Source: Acidobacteriota bacterium (GTDB lineage Bacteria; Acidobacteriota; UBA890). From it: DNA of 46,869 nucleotides. The notes under the pieces were generated by a model. The model was not told where the DNA came from and did not search any database. It saw only the letters and a program-made list of their open reading frames with translations. Both the position numbers and the translations under genes were made by a program. The DNA is taken from positions 1 through 46,869 of the forward strand of contig JBHHYG010000001.1 in the NCBI GenBank assembly GCA_046757445.1, written 5' to 3'. Every line of letters begins with the position of its first letter. Within the stretch, counting starts at the first letter, position 1. Shown one piece after another: positions 23,343 to 33,300 of this stretch.

Positions 23343-23578
23343 AAACTTTGATCACATTTTTGTTCGCCCTCATGTTGACACTCGGCGGCACCGTTCTTGC
23401 CAATGAGCATTTTGTCACCGACAAGGCAGGAAACCCCGTTCTCGACAGGGCAGGAAACCCCGTCGAGTTCGGTCCGCTCCCCGACTGCGTTGACGTGGTG
23501 GACCCCGTTCTGGTTCATTGCGCCGACAAAATGACGGACAGCGACGAAGAAGGCGACGACCCTGACGAAGAGGAATAA
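23339..23578 (+). CDS. Small secreted protein, 79 aa, with acidic tail
   Basis: Signal-peptide-like MKTLITFLFALMLTLGGTVLA. Internal repeat DKAGNPVLDRAGNPV. Confidence 0.55.
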   Translation: MKTLITFLFALMLTLGGTVLANEHFVTDKAGNPVLDRAGNPVEFGPLPDCVDVVDPVLVHCADKMTDSDEEGDDPDEEE

Positions 23579-23586
23579 GCCCGGTG

Positions 23587-23886
23587 ATGAAGTGGGTAGC
23601 TCTCGCAACTGCAGTTCTGTTAACGCTCTCGTCACCGGTCGCTGCTGCGGCCTGTTGGGACGAAACGCGTGACTCCTTCGCCGCCAAGCTGCTCAGCAAC
23701 TTCAAGGAGGTGACCATCTTCATCGGCGAGACGACAGGACTAGCGGAAGGAGGTAGACACTGGGTCACTGAAGTGTTTGCCAATCCTAAACGCACCACCT
23801 GGACGATTATCTCTTATGTTCCAGGAAGGGGTGCGATCTGTCTAGTAGCGTCCGGGCTAACTTGGTCCCCCAATACGGAACTTTGA
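23587..23886 (+). CDS. Secreted protein, 99 aa
   Basis: Signal-peptide-like MKWVALATAVLLTLSSPVAAAA. Confidence 0.55.
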   Translation: MKWVALATAVLLTLSSPVAAAACWDETRDSFAAKLLSNFKEVTIFIGETTGLAEGGRHWVTEVFANPKRTTWTIISYVPGRGAICLVASGLTWSPNTEL

Positions 23887-23887
23887 T

Positions 23888-24220
23888 ATGGCGAAACGCC
23901 CGAGTTGGCTTACCTTCAAAAACGTCGCCGGCGGCATTGTGCTGTTCTATGCTGCCGCGGCGTCGCTTGCCCTTCCCGTCCCACGGTGGACCTGGATTTG
24001 GGAACACGAGGCACTCGCGACGGAGTTCTATAATGCCCGGATAAGGACGGACCTCCGCATTTATGGCGACTTGACTGACCGGATTTGCACCGCCTTGCGG
24101 AAGGGGCAGCAACCGAGGACTGACCAAATCCTCCGCTGGAGGGCTCTCGCAGAGGACATCAACAAGATGGCGCGCAAGCTCGGGCGTAAGCCGGTGCCGT
24201 CTGTGAGGCCGCGATGTTAA
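23888..24220 (+). CDS. Membrane protein, 110 aa (single N-terminal TM; holin, antiholin or i-spanin candidate)
   Basis: Hydrophobic segment VAGGIVLFYAAAASLALPV. Lies immediately upstream of the endolysin and overlaps it. Confidence 0.5.
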   Translation: MAKRPSWLTFKNVAGGIVLFYAAAASLALPVPRWTWIWEHEALATEFYNARIRTDLRIYGDLTDRICTALRKGQQPRTDQILRWRALAEDINKMARKLGRKPVPSVRPRC

Positions 24221-24651
24221 CCAAGTCTGTCCACTTCGAGCACTGGTCCGAATTTCCCAAGTCTCAATGGCGGTGGAAGAACTTCACACCTCGGGAGATG
24301 CGGTGTAGGGGGACGGAGAAATTGCTGATTGTACCGGAGTTCATGGACCAGCTGCAGTCCCTCCGCGATGGGCTGGGTTTTGCGCTCCCGGTGAGTTCGG
24401 GGTTTCGGACTCCCGGATACAACGAGAAGGTCTCCTCAACCGGAAGGGACGGACCACACACTACGGGGCACGCAGTAGACATTCTCATCTATGGGAAGGA
24501 GGCTTATGAACTTATCGCGGACGCAACGACTTATGGCTTTCCCGGCCTAGGCATGAAGCAGCACGGGCCTTACGAGGAGCGCTTCGTCCACCTCGACGAT
24601 CTGGACGAGGTACCCAGGCGGCCAAGGCCTTGGCCCTGGACGTACAAGTGA
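24214..24651 (+). CDS. Endolysin, peptidase M15 (VanY / M15_3-like) family
   Basis: FTPREMRC...LPVSSGFRTPGYNEKV...GPHTTGHAVDI...FVHLDD matches the Zn-binding H...D...H layout of the M15 peptidoglycan peptidases. Confidence 0.8.
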   Translation: MLTKSVHFEHWSEFPKSQWRWKNFTPREMRCRGTEKLLIVPEFMDQLQSLRDGLGFALPVSSGFRTPGYNEKVSSTGRDGPHTTGHAVDILIYGKEAYELIADATTYGFPGLGMKQHGPYEERFVHLDDLDEVPRRPRPWPWTYK

Positions 24652-24663
24652 AGGAGAAAGCTT

Positions 24664-24840
24664 ATGAAACCCGGTATTAATACAAGTGAGTTCTACGTTT
24701 TCGTCATCGCTGCGGTCGTGGTTCTCGTGAACAAGTATGCGGGGCTCGGCTTGACTGGCGGGGAATTGCAGGCCCTACTCCTCGGCGCGGGGAGTTATGT
24801 CGTCTCTCGCGGCGTCGCGAAGGCGGGGTCGAAGAAATGA
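24664..24840 (+). CDS. Small membrane protein, 58 aa (holin candidate; not in the ORF track)
   Basis: My translation: [66 protein letters not shown] upstream. ATGA overlap with 24837. Confidence 0.45.
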   Translation: MKPGINTSEFYVFVIAAVVVLVNKYAGLGLTGGELQALLLGAGSYVVSRGVAKAGSKK

Positions 24841-25112
24841 CTTGGAAGCTCACGTTGCTTCTCGGCGTGCTGGTTATAGTGTCCGCTTGCGAGTTTCTCG
24901 GCATTGCCAAGCAGAAGGGCGCGGAGTTCTACGATAAGGCCCTGACCGAGACCGAATGGTTTATGTGCAACGCCGCTTCGATCGGGAGTATTAAAAGGCG
25001 CTACGGTACAGACCCGGAGCGCGCCAAGACCTATAACGACCTCTGTGCGCTAACCGGAGCTGGAGAGATCATCGCACCTACAAGGGAGATTGAAGATGCC
25101 CCCAGTCAGTGA
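24837..25112 (+). CDS. Lipoprotein, 91 aa (spanin-like or exclusion lipoprotein)
   Basis: The signal peptide ends in the lipobox-like LVIVSAC. Confidence 0.5.
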   Translation: MTWKLTLLLGVLVIVSACEFLGIAKQKGAEFYDKALTETEWFMCNAASIGSIKRRYGTDPERAKTYNDLCALTGAGEIIAPTREIEDAPSQ

Positions 25113-25257
25113 ACGACAGCGGAAAGCTATGAGAGCCGCCGCTGCGGGGAAGTCCAACTTGGGTATTCCCCAAAAGGTCGGGCGCGAGTTCAGCAAAGCC
25201 GACCCCGGCGGAAAACTGCCCCGAAGGGCGAAGAAGCACAAGGGACGGAAACGCTGA
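25096..25257 (+). CDS. Small basic protein, 53 aa, DUF3008-like (not in the ORF track)
   Basis: My translation: [53 protein letters not shown]. The stop overlaps the ATG at 25257. Confidence 0.4.
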   Translation: MPPVSERQRKAMRAAAAGKSNLGIPQKVGREFSKADPGGKLPRRAKKHKGRKR

Positions 25258-26837
25258 TGCCTCGTATTCCGGTTCATAATATTGGCGCTGGGGGGACCAG
25301 CAAGGACGTTCCTGCACACTTGCTGCCTCCCGAACTGTGGAGCGACGCGCAGAACGTGAGGTTTCAGGACAACAAAGCCCTGAAGTTCACGGGACACTCT
25401 CTCGTGTTCGATCCCCCCAGCGTCGCGCCCAATTGGGCGAAGGGCGTCGCGACAGCTACGGACTACTTCATCCTCTACACAGGTCTGGCGAGTATTTTTA
25501 CTGTGGTCGGAGCTACGCACTCCGATATTACTCGTATAAGCGGGCCTTACACTGGTACGATCGCAGATGATTGGAACGGCGATATTCTCGGTGGTATTCC
25601 AGTTATCACCAACGGCGTCGATTTGCCTCAAGCCTGGAACCCCGTGGCTGCCGCGACGAAGCTCGTGGATTTGGTGAATTGGCCCGCTGCGGACCGGATG
25701 CGCTATATACGATCCTTCAAGTCGTTCCTCGTGGCGCTCTATGTCACTAAGGGGGGTACGGTCTCTCCCCACATGGTGAAGTGGAGTCACCCTGCAGATC
25801 CTGGCGCGTTGCCTTCGAGTTGGGACCAGACCGACGCGACGAAGGATGCTGGAGAGAAGGAATTGGACGATACTCAGGCGGGAGTGATACAAGACGCTGA
25901 ACGGCTCCGAGATATCCTCGTGATCTACAAGGATAATGCCACCTGGGGGATGCAGCATGTCGGCGGTCGGTTCATTTTCAGGTTTTTCCATATCTTCACT
26001 GAGACGGGAATCCTCGCACACAGGTGCGTGGCGCCGCTGCGTAATAATGAGCAGCACTTCGTCGCCACCGGGGATGATCTCATAGTCCATAACGGGCAGA
26101 GCGCGCAGAGCGTCATCGACAAGAAGTGGAAGCGTTTCCTCGCGAATAATCTCGACACTACAAACTTCGGTAGGAGTTTCGTAGTGAAGAACCCTCTCGC
26201 AGAGGAGATGTGGTTTTGCTTTCCTGAAACGGGATCGGTCTTGCCGACGCTCGCCCTGGTTTGGAACCGGAGAGACAATACTATCGGCGTGCGGCAGCTG
26301 CAGAGTTTCGACTTTATCGCGAGCGCGGTGGTCGATGTGCCGGGAACGGACCAGTCCTGGGACGCGGACACGGCGAGTTGGGATAGCGACACAACTCAGT
26401 GGGGATCAAGGGAGTTCAACCCACAGTCCATTGGGCTTCTCGCCTGCGATGCGACGAACACGAAACTCTTTAAGCTTGACGACACGAATCAGTTCAATGG
26501 CGCGGCCATGACAGCCTTCCTCGAGCGGGAAGGCTTAGCGCTCATCGGCGTCGATCGGCAGGGCAATCCGAAGTCCGATGTGTCGAGGAGGAAGCTTCTG
26601 ACTCGCATATGGATCAAGGGTGAGGGCGACCCCTTCGAAGTTCGTGCGGGCTCGCAGGAGGAACTCGGCGGCGCTATCACCTTCCAGGCGGCTAAGACCT
26701 TTACGCCTGGAGTAGACCGCTATCTCGACTTTGTTGTGAACGGGCCGCTCCTCGCAGTTCGTTTTCAATCCTCGACTAATGTGGCTTGGCAACTCCACGG
26801 TTATGACCTCGATATCCAGGTGCTCGGAGAGATCTGA
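25257..26837 (+). CDS. Virion structural protein, 526 aa (possible tail hub or nozzle)
   Basis: Size and position in the tail/ejection block. No motif recognised. Confidence 0.6.
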   Translation: MPRIPVHNIGAGGTSKDVPAHLLPPELWSDAQNVRFQDNKALKFTGHSLVFDPPSVAPNWAKGVATATDYFILYTGLASIFTVVGATHSDITRISGPYTGTIADDWNGDILGGIPVITNGVDLPQAWNPVAAATKLVDLVNWPAADRMRYIRSFKSFLVALYVTKGGTVSPHMVKWSHPADPGALPSSWDQTDATKDAGEKELDDTQAGVIQDAERLRDILVIYKDNATWGMQHVGGRFIFRFFHIFTETGILAHRCVAPLRNNEQHFVATGDDLIVHNGQSAQSVIDKKWKRFLANNLDTTNFGRSFVVKNPLAEEMWFCFPETGSVLPTLALVWNRRDNTIGVRQLQSFDFIASAVVDVPGTDQSWDADTASWDSDTTQWGSREFNPQSIGLLACDATNTKLFKLDDTNQFNGAAMTAFLEREGLALIGVDRQGNPKSDVSRRKLLTRIWIKGEGDPFEVRAGSQEELGGAITFQAAKTFTPGVDRYLDFVVNGPLLAVRFQSSTNVAWQLHGYDLDIQVLGEI

Positions 26838-27085
26838 TGCGATACGAACCTCGCGATCCACCAGAAGGAGTTGACGATGATCTCGCATCGTATCTCAGAC
26901 AAGAGTTCGCCCAGATAGCGGAGTCGTTCTTCGGAGTGGAGGAGGTCTTGCTTGTAGAACTGAATGTGGCACCGGACAAGCCTCGCGACGGGATGGTTGT
27001 CTTGGCGGATGGCGTCAACTTTAATCCAGGAGCTGGAGCAGGTTTCTATGGAAGACGTGGCGGAGCGTGGGTCTTCTTGGGCTAG
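26837..27085 (+). CDS. Hypothetical protein, 82 aa
   Basis: TGATG coupling. Confidence 0.5.
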   Translation: MRYEPRDPPEGVDDDLASYLRQEFAQIAESFFGVEEVLLVELNVAPDKPRDGMVVLADGVNFNPGAGAGFYGRRGGAWVFLG

Positions 27086-27530
27086 TACTTCCGAGCGGGA
27101 CTGGCAGATGTTGCTAGTCACGCCCGAGCTGGTGGACGATCTCTGGCCGTTGGCGGTTCCTCTCTTGCTCGAAGGCAAGGAGCATTGGGAGGAGTTCACC
27201 AGTTTGGAGTCGCTCAAGCAGTCTGTGACGGAAGGGGGGCTATTGTTGTGGCTCGCGATAGACCGAGACGGGGTGTTCTTGGCGTTGCTTACGGAAGCTA
27301 CCGTCTACCCGGAAACTGTAAGCATGCGTCTAGTTTGGATCGGCGGATCGGGGTTGGATCGAGTGCTGGAAGTGGGATTGTCTTGCCTTGAGCTTTGGGC
27401 GTACAGACACGGTGCGAAGCGGATGGAAGTCCTCGGGCGCCCCGCGTGGATACGGATACTCCAGGGAGAGGGATATAAGCTCAAGTCCTATCTCCTTGAA
27501 AAGGACATCTCCAAGATAGGAGTGCACTGA
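27048..27530 (+). CDS. Hypothetical protein, about 160 aa, with GNAT-acetyltransferase-like C-terminal pattern
   Basis: VWIGGSGLDRVLEVGLSCLELWAYRHGAKRMEVLGRPAWIRILQGEGYK resembles GNAT motif A and B spacing. Start is uncertain: 27048, 27108, or the track start 26964. Confidence 0.45.
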   Translation: MEDVAERGSSWASTSERDWQMLLVTPELVDDLWPLAVPLLLEGKEHWEEFTSLESLKQSVTEGGLLLWLAIDRDGVFLALLTEATVYPETVSMRLVWIGGSGLDRVLEVGLSCLELWAYRHGAKRMEVLGRPAWIRILQGEGYKLKSYLLEKDISKIGVH

Positions 27531-27531
27531 T

Positions 27532-28377
27532 ATGGGTTTCGGTGGGACTGGTGGCGGGAGGAGCACGACTACTACGGTACAGGAACTTGCGCCGGAACAG
27601 CAGCAGTTGCTCAACCTCGTGATCCCGGAGGCGGAGAAGTTCATCGCAGCGCCTCCGACGCTGTTTCCAAGTTCGACGATTGTTCCGTTCAATCCCCTGC
27701 AGCAGCAGGCGCAGCAGCAGGCACTCGGCGTGGCTGGCGGACCCGCACAAGGCATCGCGGACCAAGCGGCGCTGGCGCAGAACTTCTTACTCGGGCCGGT
27801 GTTGTTCCCGGAGAGTAACCCGGCGCTCCAGGGGGCGATACAAGCCGCGACACGACCGCTAGAGCGCACGTTCACACAGCAGACCTTGCCCAATATTCGG
27901 CAGGGCGCGATCTCGGCAGGCCAATTCGGAGGCTCCCGGCAGGGAATTGCCGAAGGTCTCGCGGCACAGGGCTTCCAGCAGCAGGTCGGGGACGTATCAG
28001 CTACGCTTGCGAACCAAGCATTCCAGTCAGGCTTGGAGGCGCTCACGCGGTCGCTCATCTTTGCGCCGCAGACTGCGCAACTCGGGCTTCTTCCGTCTAG
28101 TATAACCGCTGGAGTTGGACAGCAGCAGCAAGCACAAGAACAAGCCTTCCTCAGCGAAGAGGCGCAGCGGTTCCTCGCGGAGCAGATAATCCCCTTTGCT
28201 ACCGCGCAGGACGTTGCTGCGCTCGCCTTCGGTGTTGGTGGGGGCACCAGCACGACCACCGCCCAGGGACCTGGGACGAGTACCGATCCGCTGCAGGCAA
28301 TCTTGGGCATCGGCGGTCTCGCGGCTTCCATCTTCGCACCTCCACCCTTCAACTTCTCTCTTCCCCTCTTCGGATAG
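27532..28377 (+). CDS. Gln/Gly/Ala-rich virion protein, 281 aa (internal or ejection protein candidate)
   Basis: Low-complexity composition (QQQ runs, GGT...STTT at both ends). Sits in the block preceding the giant protein. Confidence 0.6.
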   Translation: MGFGGTGGGRSTTTTVQELAPEQQQLLNLVIPEAEKFIAAPPTLFPSSTIVPFNPLQQQAQQQALGVAGGPAQGIADQAALAQNFLLGPVLFPESNPALQGAIQAATRPLERTFTQQTLPNIRQGAISAGQFGGSRQGIAEGLAAQGFQQQVGDVSATLANQAFQSGLEALTRSLIFAPQTAQLGLLPSSITAGVGQQQQAQEQAFLSEEAQRFLAEQIIPFATAQDVAALAFGVGGGTSTTTAQGPGTSTDPLQAILGIGGLAASIFAPPPFNFSLPLFG

Positions 28378-28386
28378 GAGGCAATT

Positions 28387-28629
28387 GTGCCGCCAGATAA
28401 TCCTCTCCTTCGGTTCTCGCCACAGAGCAATACGGGTGTGGGTCTGCAACAGCTTCTCGCGCCGTTGGGGCAGGGCCTCAATGTTGGCGCGTCGGCGCCT
28501 GTCGACCCTGGGCAGCAGGTCCATAACCTCATCCAAGCCATAGCGCTCGCGCGGGGGCAAGATGAGAACCCTCTTGGAGAAAACCCCTTCGGCGGGCTGC
28601 TTCCACCGAGATTTAAGAGGAGTGTGTAG
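28387..28629 (+). CDS. Hypothetical protein, 80 aa, GTG start
   Basis: GGAGG SD 6 nt upstream of the GTG. Confidence 0.45.
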   Translation: MPPDNPLLRFSPQSNTGVGLQQLLAPLGQGLNVGASAPVDPGQQVHNLIQAIALARGQDENPLGENPFGGLLPPRFKRSV

Positions 28630-28631
28630 AT

Positions 28632-29165
28632 ATGCCATCTTTTCCAGGACTGAATACGCTTAGCGCCCCGACGCTTATGGCACAACTTGCGTTGCTCGGG
28701 TTGCAGGATCCGAACAGGCTCGCCCAAGTCGCTGCGGCGACAGGGCAAGCTCCGCCCACAGGAGGCGGAGGCGCAACTGCCACGGAGGCACTTGGTACTC
28801 TGCTGCAGCCCGCGAGTTTTCCGGTGGCTCCGCCTAGAGGTGCGATCGCGCCGGAGATAGGCGCTCCGCCAGCAGCTGCGCCGATCGTGCCTTCCCCGCC
28901 TCCGCCTGCCACCTTGCCGGGAGGAACGCCGCCTATCACACCTCAGCCACAGGAGACGGGGCGGGCGGACAGTATTCTCAAGGCACTCGCGGCCTTGCAG
29001 GCTCCTGCAGCGCCGAAGCCGCCGTTCGCACCGCCGCGAGGGTTCGCGCCACCGCAGGCACGAGGCGGGCCACAACCACAGTTGCTCGCGCAAATCCTTC
29101 AGTTACTGGCGCCTGCCGGCGGCGCACAGGTTCCCTCACTCGCGCAGTTGATCGGAGGTAGATGA
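28632..29165 (+). CDS. Pro/Ala-rich protein, 177 aa
   Basis: Low-complexity PPxx stretches. Tightly packed. Confidence 0.55.
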   Translation: MPSFPGLNTLSAPTLMAQLALLGLQDPNRLAQVAAATGQAPPTGGGGATATEALGTLLQPASFPVAPPRGAIAPEIGAPPAAAPIVPSPPPPATLPGGTPPITPQPQETGRADSILKALAALQAPAAPKPPFAPPRGFAPPQARGGPQPQLLAQILQLLAPAGGAQVPSLAQLIGGR

Positions 29166-30340
29166 TGCCGCCCGTCCTTCCGCCCACGCCCCCCGCAGGA
29201 GTCGGCCTGGGCCAGCTTGTGCAGCCTTCTCCAGTCCAACCGGCAGCACCTCCGCAGACTGGAGAGGAGCAGCAGGCGCTGGAGTTCAAGTGGCGCGAGT
29301 TCCTTGGCCGCCCCGAGGTTCGCGCGGCGCTGCTGCAGTTCTCCGTCAATATCCTTCAGCCGAAGCCAGCGGGGCAGACTACCCTTGGGGCCATTGGGAC
29401 TTCGATTGGTGCTGCAGGCGGGGCGGCGGAGAGAGTACGCGCGCACGAGATTGAAGAAGAAGAGCGCCTGAGGCGCGCCGGGATCGAGGAGCGTCAGATC
29501 GCTACGGAGGAGGAGCGTACTGGGATCGCCGGCGAGAGAGTTGATGCCTTCCGAGAAAGGACTGAGGCGGAAGAGCGCGTCGCGCGCGCGAACCGACGAG
29601 CGGAAGCTGCGCGCCTCGCCGCGAAGCTTCGCATTAAGCTCAAGATTGCCGAGGATAGCGAGGATGCCCAGTTGCTGAACCGTATCATCCAAGAGGCCTC
29701 CGACCGGAACGAGGCCGCGGGGAAACTTGGAGAGGCGGTTCCCCCGCTGGACCCCGCAGCTGTTCTCAACGAGTTTGATAGGATCAAGCGGGGCATTGCG
29801 CTGCGGGAGGATCTCGAAGCCGGGAGGCCCCTCAATGTTCCCGACTCGGACGTGGCTGCACTACTTCAATCAACCGATCCGCGTGCTCAGTCGGCTTTGC
29901 GTCTAGTCCCGCCCGACCAGCTCGCTAGGGTGAGGGCGCAAGTCGAAGCGGCCACTCCGGGAGTGATCACTCAGGAGCCAACGCCTAAGCCAGAAGTTCC
30001 CGCTACTGGGAGGATAGAGCCTCCAGTTCCTGCGCCGAGAGCTGACCCGATAGCGCAAGCGATCGCGACTCTCCCACGGGTGACTGCCGATACCGCCCCG
30101 AACATCTCGGCGCAAGCCCGACAGCGGGCAGAGTTCATACTGCCGCCTACTGCCGAGGAGGTGAGCGACGCCTCGTGGTTGGAAATCCAGAATAATCCCA
30201 TAGCGCGGGCCGTAGCTGCCGAGAGGTATGGAGAAGAAGTCGTTGCCGCTGCGGTGGATAAAGCGCGAGGCCGTCCCGCCATTCGGGAGAAGGCTCGCGA
30301 AGCAATCGAGCGTCACAGACGCGAGACCGGCCAGCGATAA
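29162..30340 (+). CDS. Glu/Arg/Ala-rich, coiled-coil-like protein, 392 aa
   Basis: Central segment EEEERLRRAGIEERQIATEEERTGIAGERVDAFRERTEAEERVARANRRAEAARLAAKL. TAATG junction to the giant ORF. Confidence 0.6.
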   Translation: MMPPVLPPTPPAGVGLGQLVQPSPVQPAAPPQTGEEQQALEFKWREFLGRPEVRAALLQFSVNILQPKPAGQTTLGAIGTSIGAAGGAAERVRAHEIEEEERLRRAGIEERQIATEEERTGIAGERVDAFRERTEAEERVARANRRAEAARLAAKLRIKLKIAEDSEDAQLLNRIIQEASDRNEAAGKLGEAVPPLDPAAVLNEFDRIKRGIALREDLEAGRPLNVPDSDVAALLQSTDPRAQSALRLVPPDQLARVRAQVEAATPGVITQEPTPKPEVPATGRIEPPVPAPRADPIAQAIATLPRVTADTAPNISAQARQRAEFILPPTAEEVSDASWLEIQNNPIARAVAAERYGEEVVAAAVDKARGRPAIREKAREAIERHRRETGQR

Positions 30341-33300
30341 TGGTCGAGAACCCTCGTCTCTCACCGATCGGGCAGGCTCTCCTAGACCTCACGGAGGAGC
30401 CGGTCGAGCCGGTCCCGCTCCCGAGCCGGGTGCCCGGATTGTCGCCTATAGGACAGACTTTGCTGGACCTGCAGGGTCCGGCGCCCGCTCCCACCCTGGT
30501 CCCTGAACCTCCGGGACGCCCCTCGATCCTCGGGGAGTTTACGACCGGAGTAGCCTCAGGTACGCGGCGACTCGGAGCCGAGGCTCTCGCGGTCGGGGGC
30601 GTGACGACCGCGATCTTCGGTGCTGAAGAGACCTCACAGGAGTTGTTGGAACTGGCACAGGCGCGCGAGGAGGATATTCGAGCACGCTTTCCACGCACTG
30701 TGGAGTTTGCGGAAGCGTTCGATTCTCCCGGGAATATGGCTCGGTTTGTTGCCCGATTACTGGGTGAACAAACTCCCGTAATCGCCAGTATCATCCTCGG
30801 CGGCGGGATTGGCGGGCTTGTCGGCAGAGCAGTCGGTAAACGTGCTCTGAGCGCTGCGGCGGGCGACGCTATTGTGCAGAAGTTCGTGGCGCGTGGCGCG
30901 CTCGGAGGAGTTGTCGGCGCGACGACAGGGATTGAAACTGGTGCAACGGCGCTCGAACAGCAGGAAGCGATTGGCGGAGTCGAGCCGGGAGTCGCTCTCA
31001 CCGCCGGTATTGCCAAGGGCATCCTCGAAGCCGTCGTGCCGTTCGCGTTTGCCCGCAGACTCGGCATCCTCCCGGGGCAAGCTGACGACTTCATCAGCCG
31101 AATTGGTGCACAACTAAGTCGCGTTGGTGGGAGGCCTGCGCGCGTGGCGGCGGGCTTGACTGCTGGCGGTACGGTGGAAGCCGCGACGGAGACGCTGCAG
31201 GAGGCGGTTGATGTAGCAGCGCGGAGTTTCGTAGATGATAACTTCGACGCGCTCGGGCCGGGAGTTGGGGATAGGATTCTTGAGGCTGCGTTTTCGGGAG
31301 GAGTTGTCGGGCTCCTCCTGGGAGGTGTGGGCGGAGCCGTAGCGCCCTCGGCACCCTCCCGGCCAGAGGGGCCTCGCTTCGTCCCACCTCCACCGCCAGA
31401 GGGGCCGCCGGGGGTTATTATTCCCGAGGCACCTGGGCCGGAGCCTTTGGGGCTCCCGGCGCCGCCGTTGCGGCTGCCCTCTCCAGTTGAGCCGGAAGCG
31501 CCACCGATCGAACTGCCCGGGGAGGTGCAGGAGGGAGACTTCTCGACGGAAGTCTTCGTGTCTGGGGCCGTGAGCGGAACAGGGTTCAAATTCGCGGGGC
31601 AGACTACGCCTGGCGGCACGACAGTTACTTCCTTCACGCCGCCGAACCTGGCCCAGTTTGCCGTGGCGCATGTAGGAGTAGCGAACGTGAAGCTCCTGCA
31701 GGTAGATAAGAAGGGGCTCTCGAAGGATGCCGTATCGGCAGATCTGGCATCACTCCCTTCCGTTGGGGAGTTGACGAGAAAGAACCCGCGAGTTCGCCTC
31801 TTGAAGAGGGAGACAGCGATAGAGGCCTTGCGGCTCGCGAAGGAGGCCGTGACTCTCTCAGATAAGACGGGGGTAGAGCCCTTGGTGCAGGGGGAACTTC
31901 GCTTTCTTGACGCTCTCGACAAGGGCTTCCGCTTTACGCCGGAAGAAGGTGATGGCTTCGTCGTGATTGGGGAACTTCCGCAGACTCGTGAGATCGGGGT
32001 TGAGGAACTCGGTGCCGACCCGGAGTTCTTGACTTCCGGGAGATTCCTCGTGAAACCTCAGGCGGGAGTCCCCCTGGTCGGAGATAGCCAGGGCAGGCGG
32101 CTGTTTAACATCACTAGCCCTTCTGCCCCCTTTATTGGTCGGGAGGAAGAGTCGCTGTTCAAAGTGGATGTTTCTAAACTCCCAGCAGATCAGTTTACCA
32201 CCTCCAGTGCTCTCTCGTTCGCGTCGGCCTTCCCTGGCGGGATTATAAGGAAAGATCTCACACAGGCGAGGCTTGAGTCTATCGTTCGAGATAGTCCCAC
32301 CTTATCGTTCGCCAAGGGAACTAGGCGCGTAGATAAGGCGAAGATCGCGGGACTCATCGCCGACTCCGCGCAGTTAGACCCTGGAGGTACGCGTCTACAT
32401 GCGAGGGAACTCATCCGCTTGGGGCTCCGAAGGCGCCCCGGTGGAGCTTTTACTGGGGGGGTTTTTGTTGGGAAGGAACTTCCGCGCCGGGCGCTGTTGC
32501 GAGTCCCGGCGGAGCCCGTGTTCGGCGAGAGTCGTTCGATTGGCTTTCGTGCGCCGCCCGCCCAGGCGCTTGTAGAATTGACTGTTCCTACTCGTGCAAA
32601 GACCCTGAGGGGAAAGGCTTACGATGCCGCCTCTCACAGGCCCGGTACTACGGTCGTCTTGGTGAACGTCGAGACCGTTCCCACCCAGAAGGAAAAGACA
32701 CTTGCAACTGGAGTCGCCCGCTTCTACGATACGATGCTGAAGAGGTTCGGCCTCAATGACCAGAAACTTGTAGTATTCCTTGGCAGCCCCGGACCGACTT
32801 CCCACGGAAGTTTCAGCCTCAGCCCTACTTCAGGGGGGTTCTATGTGGGATTCGACGATAAGGTTAGCAACCTCATAACCTTGAACCCGAAACAGCTCGG
32901 TGACGTAGGTACAAGGCCCGGGTTTCTCTTTGACGGCGTGCCCCACGAGTTTGGGCACCTCATAAGCCACAGGGCGTTGCTGCAGGCTGACGCGAGCGTA
33001 CAGCGTCGGCTCCTGTCCGCTTACAATCGCTCCCTGATCAAAGCTACCGAAGGCACCTTCACGAACTTCGTCTTCGAGTTCTTTTCGCCGCTCAAGGCCG
33101 TCGCCACCGCAGAGTCCCTACAGGAAGAGGGTAGACTTCCTGCCCGCGAGGCGCTACGTGACGAGAGCAAGGACAAGGAGTATTGGTTCAACTTCGAGGA
33201 GTGGTTCGCCAATCACGTCGCCCGCTGGTTCCAGACCCAACGGGAGCCGATGGGGATACTGGAGAAGTTCTTCAACGGTATCGCGCAGAGACTCAAGACG

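Noticed and set aside
25050-26090. 346-aa minus-strand ORF antisense to 25257..26837
   Set aside because: No SD or operon context on the minus strand in this arm, and the plus-strand gene is coupled at both ends.
27330-29093. 587-aa minus-strand ORF antisense to 27532..29165
   Set aside because: Its composition is Arg/Cys/Ser/Pro-rich and it has no SD. It lies opposite tightly coupled, coherent plus-strand genes. This is a typical GC-rich antisense open frame.
30147-31922. 591-aa minus-strand ORF antisense to the start of the giant gene
   Set aside because: Same reasoning. The product would be low-complexity Ser/Pro/Ala/Arg, and the plus-strand frame is continuous for 5.96 kb.
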